DNA of 64,000 nt. It comes from Pseudoalteromonas luteoviolacea (GTDB taxonomy: Bacteria; Pseudomonadota; Gammaproteobacteria; Enterobacterales; Alteromonadaceae). Both the position numbers and the translations under genes were made by a program. The notes beneath the pieces were generated by a model. The model did not search any database. It saw only the letters and a program-made list of their open reading frames with translations, and had not been told where the DNA came from. The stretch lies in NCBI RefSeq assembly GCF_001750165.1, contig NZ_CP015412.1:1143588-1207587 (forward strand), written 5' to 3'. Positions within the stretch are counted from its first letter, which is position 1. Each line of letters starts with the position of its first letter. Below are positions 30,200 to 39,573 of this stretch, one piece after another.

Positions 30200-30808
30200 A
30201 TGGACTTTCTCAATACTATTTTTACTTTTCCCACCGTGGTGTTTACCACTTTATTGCTTATCGTCATTATTTTTTGGCTGATTGCGCTGTTAGGTTTTGC
30301 TGATATCGATATGCTAGAAGGCGACGTTGAGCTTGAAGTTGAGGGGGGCAGCGATTCTTTCTTGCAAATGGGATTTGGTGGCGTACCGCTGACTATTTCA
30401 ATTAGTTTAGTGGTGCTGATCAGTTGGGTTGCAAGCTTTTACGCACATCAACTATTTGCTTATGCTTTAGGCGATGGGGTGATGTTTTATTTACTTGGCA
30501 GTTTGATGATGCTTGGCTGTTTTGTAGCTTCCATTCCTTTAACCGCTTTATTAGTTAAACCTTTGAGACGCTTTTTTGATAGTAAGGAAGCGGCGTCTAA
30601 AAACGACTTTATTGGTCTTGAATGTGTGATTGCAACAAGCAAAGTTAACAGCCAATTTGGCCAAGCAAAAGTCCAGTTTCAAGGTACAGAACAATTGATA
30701 GAAGTCAGAGCCGATGAAGAGGGGTTGTTTGGACTTGGCGATGTCGCGCTACTAATTGAACACGATATTCATAAAAACAGTTACTTAGTTGTTGAAAAGC
30801 CTTGGTAA
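30200..30808 (+). CDS. YqiJ/NfeD-like inner membrane protein (DUF1449, C-terminal OB-fold)
   Basis: 202 aa. Multiple TM helices then a soluble C-terminal beta domain (GQAKVQFQGTEQLIEVRADEEGLFGLGDVALLIEHD). Same layout as E. coli YqiJ, the partner of flotillin YqiK. Confidence 0.65.
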   Translation: MDFLNTIFTFPTVVFTTLLLIVIIFWLIALLGFADIDMLEGDVELEVEGGSDSFLQMGFGGVPLTISISLVVLISWVASFYAHQLFAYALGDGVMFYLLGSLMMLGCFVASIPLTALLVKPLRRFFDSKEAASKNDFIGLECVIATSKVNSQFGQAKVQFQGTEQLIEVRADEEGLFGLGDVALLIEHDIHKNSYLVVEKPW

Positions 30809-30950
30809 TAATAACGAATTAAGTCATCAATAATATTTAATCAACTTCTCCAATTTCTATCATGGTGATTGGGGAAAATATCCCATGGCAGCTCTACGTG
30901 AAAACAAACATAGCCATGGTTTGGAATAATTAAAACATTTAGGAATACAC

Positions 30951-33050
30951 ATGGAATTTTTAGATAATCTCGGACCAATTTTAACAATCGTTGGCGTGGT
31001 CATCGCCGTTATTTTTGCGATTATTTTAATCGTGGGGAAGTTTTATCGAAAAGTGGATCAAGGGCATGCGCTCATTATTAACAAAATGAAAAATGAGCCA
31101 GATGTCACAACTACGGGGGGCATTGTTTACCCTGTTATTCATAAAATGGAGGTGATGGATATCTCAACCAAACGCATGGTATTGGAGCGCAGAGAGAACA
31201 GCGGCTTGATCTGTAAAGATAACATCCGTGCAGATATTGCAATTACCTTTTATATTCGCGTTAATGAAAACAAGCAGGACATTTTACGTGTTGCCAAGCA
31301 AGTTGGCTGTGCACGCGCTTCTCAACCTGAGACTCTACAAGAGCTGTTTGAAGCTAAGTTTTCCGAAGCACTGAAAACAGTGGGTAAGCAAATGAACTTT
31401 GAGGAGTTGTTTACCCATCGTAACCAGTTTAGAGATGCGATTAAAGAGGTGATTGGTCAGGATCTATCTGGTTATACATTGGAAGATGTTGCGATTGATT
31501 ATCTAGAGCAAACCTCCATTCACAAACTTGATGAAAACAACATTTTGGATTCTGAAGGGATCCGTCGCATTACCGAAAAAACAGCGGAACAAAACGTTCA
31601 AACCAATCAACTGAAGTGTGATGAGCAAGCGCAAATTGAGATCCAAAACCAAGCGGCGTTAGAGAAGTCGTTGGAAATCGAGCGTCAAAAAGAAGATGCT
31701 AAAGCAAAGCAGCAGCGCGAGATTGAAACGGTCCGTGCAAGGGAGACGGCTGAAGCGGAACGTGTAAAGCAAGAAGAACGTTTGAAGTCAGAAGATGCAC
31801 GCTTAAAAGCAGATGAAGCAATTGAGATTGCCGAGCAAAACAAACAGCGTGAAATTGACATTGCTGAACAAAATCGCCTTCGTGTACTGGCCATTGAAGA
31901 AGAAAAAGTGGCGCGTTCTCGTGAAATCGAAGTTATTGAGCGTGAGAAAGAAACGGAAATCATGCGCATTAACAAAGAAAAAGCGCTTGAAGTGGAGCGT
32001 AAAGAAATTGCTGAAGTGTTACGTGACAGAGTAGCCGTTGAGAAAACGGTTGCAGAAGAACAAGAGCGTATTAAAGATGTGCAAACATTGGCAGCTGCAG
32101 AGCGGGAAAAAGAAGCAATTGTGATTAAAGCCAAAGCAGAAGCAGAAGAAGCACTGGTGAAAGATATTGAAGCAGCTAAAGCGCAAGAGCAAGCGTCAGA
32201 GTTCAAGGCGAGAGAGCTTGAAAAAATGGCTGAAGCTGAGCTGCGTATCGCAAATCAAACGGCTGAGTCGAAAAAAGTGTTGGCGGAAGCAGAGCGCGCA
32301 GAAAAAGCGGCAGCTGGTTTAGCTGAAGCCGAAGTTACTAAAGCGAAAGCAGAAGCAAACGCGCAGCAAGGTGAAACGGAAGCACAAGTATTGCAACAAA
32401 AACTGGCGGCAGAAGCACAAGGTAAACGTGACATCGGTTTTGCAGATGCTGAAGTGCAATCGGCAATGGCTGAGGCAATTGAGAAACAAGGTGAAGCGGA
32501 AGCTCAGACACTTGAACGTCGTATGTCAGCAGAAGCAAAAGGCCTTGAAGAGAAGCTACAAGCGTTAAATGCGATGGATCAGTCGGCGCGCGATTATGAA
32601 AGCTTTACGTTGCAGCTTAACCAGCAAAAAGAGTTAATGCTTGCTAAATTAGAAGCTGAAAAAGACATTGCAGCGCATCAATCTGAAGTGCTTAGTAAAA
32701 CACTGGGTAGTGCAGACATCAACATCATGGGTGGTGATGGTCAGTTCTTTAATCAGTTTATGAAGGCTATCACACTCGGTAAGTCAATTGATGGCTTAGT
32801 GGGTGAGAGTGATACAGTACAAACCTTATTTAAAGATCATTTAAATGGGGAAAGAAATATCATGGATGACCTAAAAGGTGTTTTAAGTGGTGCGAATGCG
32901 TCATCAGAGACGATGAAAAATGTGGCAATGAGTAAGTTTTTTAGTCAGTTAGGAAATAGCAGCGATGCTGAAAAGCAGCAGCTTTTAGCGCTACTTGGTA
33001 GTACGCTAAACGGCAATTCGAAGCAAGTTGAGTCAAACGAGCAGAGCTAA
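30951..33050 (+). CDS. flotillin family protein (SPFH/band-7 domain; YqiK/FloT-like)
   Basis: 699 aa. N-terminal TM anchor. SPFH domain (residues ~40-250). Very long E/A/K-rich coiled-coil flotillin region. C-terminal tail. Confidence 0.85.
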   Translation: MEFLDNLGPILTIVGVVIAVIFAIILIVGKFYRKVDQGHALIINKMKNEPDVTTTGGIVYPVIHKMEVMDISTKRMVLERRENSGLICKDNIRADIAITFYIRVNENKQDILRVAKQVGCARASQPETLQELFEAKFSEALKTVGKQMNFEELFTHRNQFRDAIKEVIGQDLSGYTLEDVAIDYLEQTSIHKLDENNILDSEGIRRITEKTAEQNVQTNQLKCDEQAQIEIQNQAALEKSLEIERQKEDAKAKQQREIETVRARETAEAERVKQEERLKSEDARLKADEAIEIAEQNKQREIDIAEQNRLRVLAIEEEKVARSREIEVIEREKETEIMRINKEKALEVERKEIAEVLRDRVAVEKTVAEEQERIKDVQTLAAAEREKEAIVIKAKAEAEEALVKDIEAAKAQEQASEFKARELEKMAEAELRIANQTAESKKVLAEAERAEKAAAGLAEAEVTKAKAEANAQQGETEAQVLQQKLAAEAQGKRDIGFADAEVQSAMAEAIEKQGEAEAQTLERRMSAEAKGLEEKLQALNAMDQSARDYESFTLQLNQQKELMLAKLEAEKDIAAHQSEVLSKTLGSADINIMGGDGQFFNQFMKAITLGKSIDGLVGESDTVQTLFKDHLNGERNIMDDLKGVLSGANASSETMKNVAMSKFFSQLGNSSDAEKQQLLALLGSTLNGNSKQVESNEQS

Positions 33051-33071
33051 GCATCGTTTGAAATGATGAAC

Positions 33072-33095
33072 AGAGCATGCGTTCTAGCATGCTCT
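33072..33095 (+). other. intra-operon RNA hairpin (9-bp stem agagcatgc/gcatgctct, 6-nt loop) between flotillin and giant ATPase genes
   Basis: Perfect inverted repeat read directly in the 87-bp gap, with no strong T-tract. Candidate attenuator or processing site. Confidence 0.35.
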
Positions 33096-33137
33096 CACCT
33101 TTCTAATTACCCTCCTTGTACAACAGGACAGTAGACT

Positions 33138-36100
33138 ATGACGGACTCTGCAAATAATGCCGCACTAGAACAGGGCTCTTATGATTTAATCAAGCGCCGT
33201 TTGAGTAACTCGGGTGCCCAATTGCGCACAGACATTGATTTACTCAACCAAAACCGTATAGATACCTTTGGCAGCACTGAAATCAAAGTAAAAGGGCGTG
33301 CTAGAGTAAGAACAGAACACAATTGTATACCACGAGATATCGTGCTCATTGGTGATAAACTCATCTTTGCTTACAACGTATTTTTAGGATTGAAAAAGAA
33401 TACTCAAGTAGGTGATGTGTTCAGTGTTCAAAAGCTAGTTCAGCAAGATGATCACTATGAGGTAGAAGCATATCCAAGTGAAACAAAGTTTCTCACAGAC
33501 AATCGATTTTTGAGAGATTTTGACGAGTTATATACCTATTACAAAGAAACCCGCTTACAGCATTTATTTCAGCAAAATGGCAAGCTTTACGCGCTATTTC
33601 AAATCGGTGACAAGCTCACCGATGTACGAGTCTTTCGTTGGGAGATAGCAGCAGATAACACCCTTGATTACATAGATAATCGCGGCGAACGGGATTTAAA
33701 TACGGGTCAGGACTATGACTTTGAATGGATAAAAACCGATAGAAGTAATCATGTAGAAGGTCGTCATCCGCATATTAATATTCTTGATACCGTGTTTGTT
33801 GAGACGGTTGGTGGCGATCTAACCATTAAAATCGAGAATAATACTGAAAGTGGTGAAGGGATCTATGCGGAGCCAGTTGAAGATAAAAACCAATCCCTCG
33901 CTGATTGTGATGTAGATTATGCGAAGCTTGGCGAAATCATCTTACTTAAAGTGCTACCTTATCGCGAAAAGGTTTGGCGCTATTATATTTTCAATTGTGT
34001 GACCGAAAAGGTCATCCGCCAAGATGCTATTTCAGATGCATGTGTACAACTTCCTGATGACCACGGCATAATTTTCCCAGGTGGTTACTATTTACAATCA
34101 GGGCAGACTCGTTCGTTTGAAGACCACATTGAAAACTTAGAATTTCATAAGCAGATAAAATCTCCTAATGGTGAGGATGTTTTATATGTTTTTTATGAGC
34201 CAAGCGAAGGGCGCTACGCATTATTTGCCTATAATCTGATCGAGAAAAACCTTCAAAACCCAATCTATTGTCATGGTTATGGTGTCTATGAAGATGGTTT
34301 AACCATCACCTTCAAGGCTGAAAAGGAAGAAGCTGAGCGCGTTCATCCAATTCAGATCTGGGATAGCCCATTTTGCTCTGTTGAGTTTGCTGCCAATGCG
34401 CCTACACCAAGCAGTATGCTGGGTAAGATTGGGAATCCAGATTTGGTGCGAGGTATTTCAGATCTATACAGTGTTTGCAAGGCTATCAGTGAGCAAAATC
34501 CCAATGTGTCTCACTATGAAAGTTTGATCTCGTTAACACGCAGTATCTTAGACAGATATCACTGGCTAACAGAGCCTGACTTTACACCTCTCAATACTCA
34601 ATTACATGAGATATTTGAAACCTCTGAGCAGGTTTTGGATGAGTTTGAGAAAGTCAGCCAAATACAAGAGACAGCCAAAAAAGCACTGGCTGATATTGAG
34701 CAAGAATATAAGGCGACCACTAAGGATATTCGCCCTGATAGCTTTAAACTGGCCACTGAATTTGTCACAGGCCTTGAAGCGCTTAAGCTGCTTAAAGGCA
34801 AAATTATTAGCTTGGAAGAGGTAAAATATATAGATGTTACCGCTTTGCAAGCGCTGCAAATACGCCTTGATGAGCTGACTTTAGAGTTGAGTAAAGCGAC
34901 GGCGCAATTTTTACAAAAAGAGGCTGCTTTAGCGCCTTATCATGACAAACTCGGTGAGCTCACCGGCTTGAGCGAGAAAAGTGAGAGTGTCACTGAGCTC
35001 AATGGATTTTTAGATGCGTTAGATACTCTGGGCGATGAGCTTGATTTACTCAATCATACCATGCTTGATTTAGAAATCGATGATAGTCGTGTTAGAACAC
35101 AGATCCTAGAGGATGTCAGTGGTGTTTATGGCTTGGTTAATCGAGCCAAAGCCAGTATTGAGATCCGCCGAAAAAGTCTTGGTAGTGTAGAGGCAAAAGC
35201 GGAATTTGCAGCGCGTTTTAAACTGTTTAGTCAAAGTATTACCAGCAGTTTGAACAACGCGCGTACGCCGGAGCAATGTGATGAGCAGCTCTCTCGCTTG
35301 TTAATTCAATTAGAAGAGCTGGAGTCTCAGTTTAGTGAATATGACGAGTATCTTGCTGAGATCATGGCCAAGCGCGATGATGTCTATGAAAGCTTTGAAG
35401 CACATAAGCAGCAGCTGATAGATGAAAGGCAGCGCAGAGCACTAAACTTAGCCAATGCCGCTGAGCGTATTTTGCAAGGGGTAACTAGACGCTCACAAAA
35501 CTTCACTGATATTGATGAAATAAACAGCTATTTTGCTTCTGATCCTATGATCAGCAAGTTACGCAGTTTGACGCAAGAGCTTAAAGATCTGGGTGATGAG
35601 ATTAAAGCGGATGATATTCAAGCTAAGCTAAAAGCGTCTAAAGATCAAGGGATCCGCTCTCTACGTGATAAGCAAGATATATACAGTGATGGTGGTAACT
35701 CGGTCAAAATTGGCAAGCACAATTTTGGAGTCAATAAGCAGCAACTAGACTTGACTTTATTGCCTCGTGATGAAGATTTGATGTTTCATCTTACTGGTAC
35801 TGAGTATTTTGAGCCTATAGGGGATAAGCGTATTCGCGAAACTTTGCTGGCTTATCGCCCATATTGGCAGCAGAACTTAGTCTCTGAAAATAACGACATA
35901 TATCGTGGTGAGTTTCTAGCCGCGCAAGTGCTGACAGCGGCGACAGATCCGACTCACGCACTGACGCTTGATGGGTTAAATGCTGCGATAGCTGATGATT
36001 CACTGCTCACGTTAGTGCAGAAATTTGCAGAGCCTAGATATCAAGAGGGTTATGAAAAGGGCATTCATGACCATGATGCAACCTTGATCTTGCAAAACTT

Positions 36101-39100
36101 GCTGGCACAAAAACAGGCGTTAGGATTATTGATATACCCTACATCAGCGCGTGTGGTAGCGCAGCTGTATGCAAGTCAATGTGATGACAAGCAATTAATC
36201 AAGTGGCGCGAGCAGTCTAAGCAGGCTGAGTTGATGGAGACCTTGTTAGGTGATGCGCGATTTAAAGTGCAGCTAGCCACTGAACTTGGCGAGGTGATCA
36301 CACAGTTTGCACAAACTGATCTAAACCGTTACCTGGGTTACACATCGGCCTTATCTGGACAGTTAAGTGCTGAATATTTAATCAAAGAGTTGGCGCACAG
36401 CAAAAAAGACCTTGTTTTTTCGACCTCCCATACGGTTAAAAAATTAGCCGAGCAATTTAACAGTGTTGCCAGAAGTAAAGGGTTTGCAGGTTCACTGCAA
36501 GATACGTTGCAGGCATTGGAACATATGCAAGATCAAGCCATTATGGCAACTAGCTGGCTTAACGCATATGGACAACAGCATGATACAGAAGTCAGTAGCG
36601 ATGATTTGATCGAGGCGGCTAATATGGTGCTATTACAGCATCTAAAAACGGCTAAGTTCAACGCGCAAGATGTGGCCGTCACTAATCAAGTTAATGGGCT
36701 GTTAGGTCAACATATTCGTATTGATGAGCAAGTATTAACGCTTGATTACTCGGAGTTTTTTGCGCGTACAGAGCTGTATTTGGCTGAACATGTACGTGGG
36801 TTTAGTCACTATCATGAAATTAAGTCTGATATTTTGGTAGAGCAAAAGGAGCGTTTACAGCTCGATGAATTCAAGCCAAGGCCATTGAGTTCATTTGTCC
36901 GTAACCAATTGATTGATAAAGTTTACTTCCCAATCATTGGTGACAACCTTGCGAAGCAAATTGGTGCGTCAGGTAATAACAAGCGTACCGATTTAATGGG
37001 GATGTTGTTACTTATTTCTCCACCGGGTTACGGTAAAACGACGCTGATTGAATATGTTGCCAATCGACTTGGTTTAACGTTTGTAAAAGTGAATTGCCCA
37101 TCAATAGGCCATGATCAGGTTTCACTCGACCCAGGCCAAGCGATCAATGCAACGGCCGCAAAAGAGATTGAAAAAATTAATCAGAGCTTTGAAATGGGCA
37201 ATAACGTCATGCTCTATTTGGATGATATTCAGCATACCAACCCTGAATTCTTACAAAAATTCATTTCACTTTGTGACGGCTCTAGGCGTATTGATGGCGT
37301 ATGGAATGGTCGCAGTAAAACCTATGACCTACGTGGTAAAAAGTTTGCAGTTGTGATGGCGGGTAATCCTTACACTGAATCTGGCGAGAGCTTTAAAATT
37401 CCAGATATGTTGGCTAACCGTGCCGATATCTACAATTTAGGTGACACTTTATCGGGTTGTGAGCAAGAGTTTGCAATGAGCTTCATTGAAAATGCACTCA
37501 CCTCAAACGCAGTGCTTGCGCCACTTGCCAACCGTAACATGCAGGATTTGTATAAATTAGTGCGTATTTCTGAAGGCGAAGACATCTCTCTAAACGAGCT
37601 GGAGCATAACTATTCGCAGGCGCAAGCAAATGAAATTGTATCTGTGTTACAAAAGCTTATTCAGATAAGAAATACCGTATTGAAGGTGAATGCCCAGTAT
37701 ATTGCCTCCGCAGCGCAAGACGATGATTATCGTATTGAGCCACCGTTTAAGCTGCAGGGCAGTTATCGAAACATGAATAAGATGGCTGAAAAAGTGGTGG
37801 CGGCAATGAATGATGAGGAATTAGAAAACCTTATTCAAGATCATTACCGCGGTGAGGCGCAAACGCTCAGCAAAGGCAGTGAGGAGAACCTCCTTAAACT
37901 CGCTGAGCTACGTGGTACGTTGGACGAGCAGGCAAGAGCACGTTGGCAGCAGATTTTAGATGATTACGCGCTACTTAACCGAGCCAATGATGCAGGCAGT
38001 CCAATACTACTTGCTGTCGAGCAACTTGGTGAACTGAATGAGTCACTCACCAGTATTGCAACAAAGTTGGATAAAGAGCAATTAAGCCATAATTACTCAG
38101 CCTTGTTTGAATCTCTGAATCAAGTGGTCAGTGCGCAAGACGCCAATGACAGCATACAGTCGGTAGCAAAAGTGATTGAACAAACTGCGCAGCAGTCGTC
38201 GCTTACGGCATCATTTGAGCAGCTTATAGGGCTTTTGGCTGAGCAGCATCAGCAAAGGCAGACACACAGTGAACATTTAGCGCATCAAGGCGTGAATACG
38301 ACTGAGACGCTGGTGGACAAGGTGAATGAAACATTGGCACAACTTACTGGCGCTTTAAATACTCAGTCAGAGCGTTATTCAGAGCAAGCACAGCTCGATG
38401 CGCAAAGAGCGGATAATAGACTTGCTTCACAGCAAGCTTTAACAGCGGCATTGTCTGAGCAGTTACAACAAGTCTCGGGTGCAATTGAGAGTCAGCGCGA
38501 CAGTCAGATTAGTAGTGCAGAGCAAAGTGCTTTAAAACATAGTGAAGGCATGGCAAGGCACGGCGCAGAACTTGCGAAGTTAGCTGATGAATTAACAAAA
38601 TTGCGAAGTACATTGAGTGCTCAAAACACGCTCAAAGAATCGCAGGTAGAGCAATCTAAAGGGCATCAGCAGGCTTTAGTAGAGTGTGTTTCCAGCAAAT
38701 TGGAGCATATGGCTAAGGTGTTGGAGGCGCAAAACTCAGTTGCACATCACTCGCGTCAGTCCGAGCTGTTAGCGCAACAAAGTGAAGCGTTAAAGGTGAT
38801 GGCTAAAAAGACTGATATCGGTGACGCTTTATCTGGGCTCAGCCGCGACTTTTTAAAAAGCCAAGATGTGCTAGGTCTCAAGTTAAAAGAGGTACTTGAG
38901 TCTAGTCAGCACCAAACGGCAGAACAACTTTCAAGTGTTTCAGGAGAGTTGCAAGAGCATCATGATGAACTGACTACACAGGTACAAGTGCATAGCTCTG
39001 TGTTGGAGCAACTAGTTGCTCAGCTGCGAGAGCAGGTGGCGAGTGCACAGCAAGCGACACCGAGTGATGAAGTGGCACTTGCATTGAGTGAGTTGGTCAA

Positions 39101-39266
39101 CACTGCGTTACCTTCGCTGGTGCAACAGGCAGAGCAATCAAGCACCCTAGACCCTGAGATTGGTCGCAAAGTGGATGTGATTTTAGAGCGCCTAGCACGT
39201 ATTGAGCGACAGCCTGCACCGAGTCAAGGTTCAAGTCAAAATAGCGATAACCCTTATATGCTTTAG
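33138..39266 (+). CDS. giant (2042 aa) coiled-coil protein with a single embedded MoxR/AAA_5-type AAA+ ATPase module
   Basis: Walker A ISPPGYGKTT (nt 37017-37043). Walker B LYLDDIQH (nt 37212-37235). MoxR/AAA_5-like sensor segment VVMAGNPYTESGESFKIPDMLANRADIYNL. Beta-rich N-terminal ~420 aa. About 850 aa of helical/coiled-coil region before the ATPase. Q/A/L/S-rich low-complexity coiled coil over the last ~500 aa. Confidence 0.7.
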   Translation: MTDSANNAALEQGSYDLIKRRLSNSGAQLRTDIDLLNQNRIDTFGSTEIKVKGRARVRTEHNCIPRDIVLIGDKLIFAYNVFLGLKKNTQVGDVFSVQKLVQQDDHYEVEAYPSETKFLTDNRFLRDFDELYTYYKETRLQHLFQQNGKLYALFQIGDKLTDVRVFRWEIAADNTLDYIDNRGERDLNTGQDYDFEWIKTDRSNHVEGRHPHINILDTVFVETVGGDLTIKIENNTESGEGIYAEPVEDKNQSLADCDVDYAKLGEIILLKVLPYREKVWRYYIFNCVTEKVIRQDAISDACVQLPDDHGIIFPGGYYLQSGQTRSFEDHIENLEFHKQIKSPNGEDVLYVFYEPSEGRYALFAYNLIEKNLQNPIYCHGYGVYEDGLTITFKAEKEEAERVHPIQIWDSPFCSVEFAANAPTPSSMLGKIGNPDLVRGISDLYSVCKAISEQNPNVSHYESLISLTRSILDRYHWLTEPDFTPLNTQLHEIFETSEQVLDEFEKVSQIQETAKKALADIEQEYKATTKDIRPDSFKLATEFVTGLEALKLLKGKIISLEEVKYIDVTALQALQIRLDELTLELSKATAQFLQKEAALAPYHDKLGELTGLSEKSESVTELNGFLDALDTLGDELDLLNHTMLDLEIDDSRVRTQILEDVSGVYGLVNRAKASIEIRRKSLGSVEAKAEFAARFKLFSQSITSSLNNARTPEQCDEQLSRLLIQLEELESQFSEYDEYLAEIMAKRDDVYESFEAHKQQLIDERQRRALNLANAAERILQGVTRRSQNFTDIDEINSYFASDPMISKLRSLTQELKDLGDEIKADDIQAKLKASKDQGIRSLRDKQDIYSDGGNSVKIGKHNFGVNKQQLDLTLLPRDEDLMFHLTGTEYFEPIGDKRIRETLLAYRPYWQQNLVSENNDIYRGEFLAAQVLTAATDPTHALTLDGLNAAIADDSLLTLVQKFAEPRYQEGYEKGIHDHDATLILQNLLAQKQALGLLIYPTSARVVAQLYASQCDDKQLIKWREQSKQAELMETLLGDARFKVQLATELGEVITQFAQTDLNRYLGYTSALSGQLSAEYLIKELAHSKKDLVFSTSHTVKKLAEQFNSVARSKGFAGSLQDTLQALEHMQDQAIMATSWLNAYGQQHDTEVSSDDLIEAANMVLLQHLKTAKFNAQDVAVTNQVNGLLGQHIRIDEQVLTLDYSEFFARTELYLAEHVRGFSHYHEIKSDILVEQKERLQLDEFKPRPLSSFVRNQLIDKVYFPIIGDNLAKQIGASGNNKRTDLMGMLLLISPPGYGKTTLIEYVANRLGLTFVKVNCPSIGHDQVSLDPGQAINATAAKEIEKINQSFEMGNNVMLYLDDIQHTNPEFLQKFISLCDGSRRIDGVWNGRSKTYDLRGKKFAVVMAGNPYTESGESFKIPDMLANRADIYNLGDTLSGCEQEFAMSFIENALTSNAVLAPLANRNMQDLYKLVRISEGEDISLNELEHNYSQAQANEIVSVLQKLIQIRNTVLKVNAQYIASAAQDDDYRIEPPFKLQGSYRNMNKMAEKVVAAMNDEELENLIQDHYRGEAQTLSKGSEENLLKLAELRGTLDEQARARWQQILDDYALLNRANDAGSPILLAVEQLGELNESLTSIATKLDKEQLSHNYSALFESLNQVVSAQDANDSIQSVAKVIEQTAQQSSLTASFEQLIGLLAEQHQQRQTHSEHLAHQGVNTTETLVDKVNETLAQLTGALNTQSERYSEQAQLDAQRADNRLASQQALTAALSEQLQQVSGAIESQRDSQISSAEQSALKHSEGMARHGAELAKLADELTKLRSTLSAQNTLKESQVEQSKGHQQALVECVSSKLEHMAKVLEAQNSVAHHSRQSELLAQQSEALKVMAKKTDIGDALSGLSRDFLKSQDVLGLKLKEVLESSQHQTAEQLSSVSGELQEHHDELTTQVQVHSSVLEQLVAQLREQVASAQQATPSDEVALALSELVNTALPSLVQQAEQSSTLDPEIGRKVDVILERLARIERQPAPSQGSSQNSDNPYML

Positions 39267-39279
39267 CATATGAACAATG

Positions 39280-39319
39280 AAAAAGTCGATGAGCTATGCC
39301 GTCGGCTTTTTCTATTTTA
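39280..39319 (+). terminator. rho-independent terminator after the giant gene
   Basis: aaaaagucga ... ucggcuuuuu forms a 10-bp stem (one G-U) around a 12-nt loop, followed by tttttctatttt. 14 bp after the stop codon. Confidence 0.45.
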
Positions 39320-39345
39320 AACCATCACTAAATGCATCGTAGAAT

Positions 39346-39573
39346 ATGAGTAATATGGTAACTATACGACCTTTCTTTAGGTTACTTGCAGGTGTTACAG
39401 CACTGCTACTTTGGGGGTTTTCGTTTTTTGAATTATTGGGGATAATAGGTACAAACTCTACAGAGTTACTTAATTGGTTTCATTGTATTAGTAGTTTTGG
39501 CGTCGCGCTTGGTTTTTCTTATATTGCGGTCTCAGGGCGTTTACTAAGAGTCCTTTTTGATGTTTTTTTTTAG
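39346..39573 (+). CDS. small two-TM membrane protein, hypothetical
   Basis: 75 aa. Two hydrophobic helices. Sits after the terminator, so it is probably its own transcript. Confidence 0.35.
   Translation: MSNMVTIRPFFRLLAGVTALLLWGFSFFELLGIIGTNSTELLNWFHCISSFGVALGFSYIAVSGRLLRVLFDVFF

Noticed and set aside
31685-32206. 173-aa minus-strand ORF (plus other small ORFs 31813..32034, 32338..32568) inside the flotillin gene
   Set aside because: These lie antisense or out of frame within the GAA/GCA-rich coiled-coil region of the flotillin CDS. Low-complexity S/A/R-rich translations of this kind are typical artefacts of E/A/K-rich coding repeats.
29120-39266. Idea that the giant AAA+ protein is a Vps4-like disassemblase for the ESCRT-III-like PspA
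   Set aside because: The ATPase motifs fit the MoxR/AAA_5 clade, not the Vps4/meiotic clade, and there is no MIT domain. Only a loose functional analogy can be proposed, not homology.
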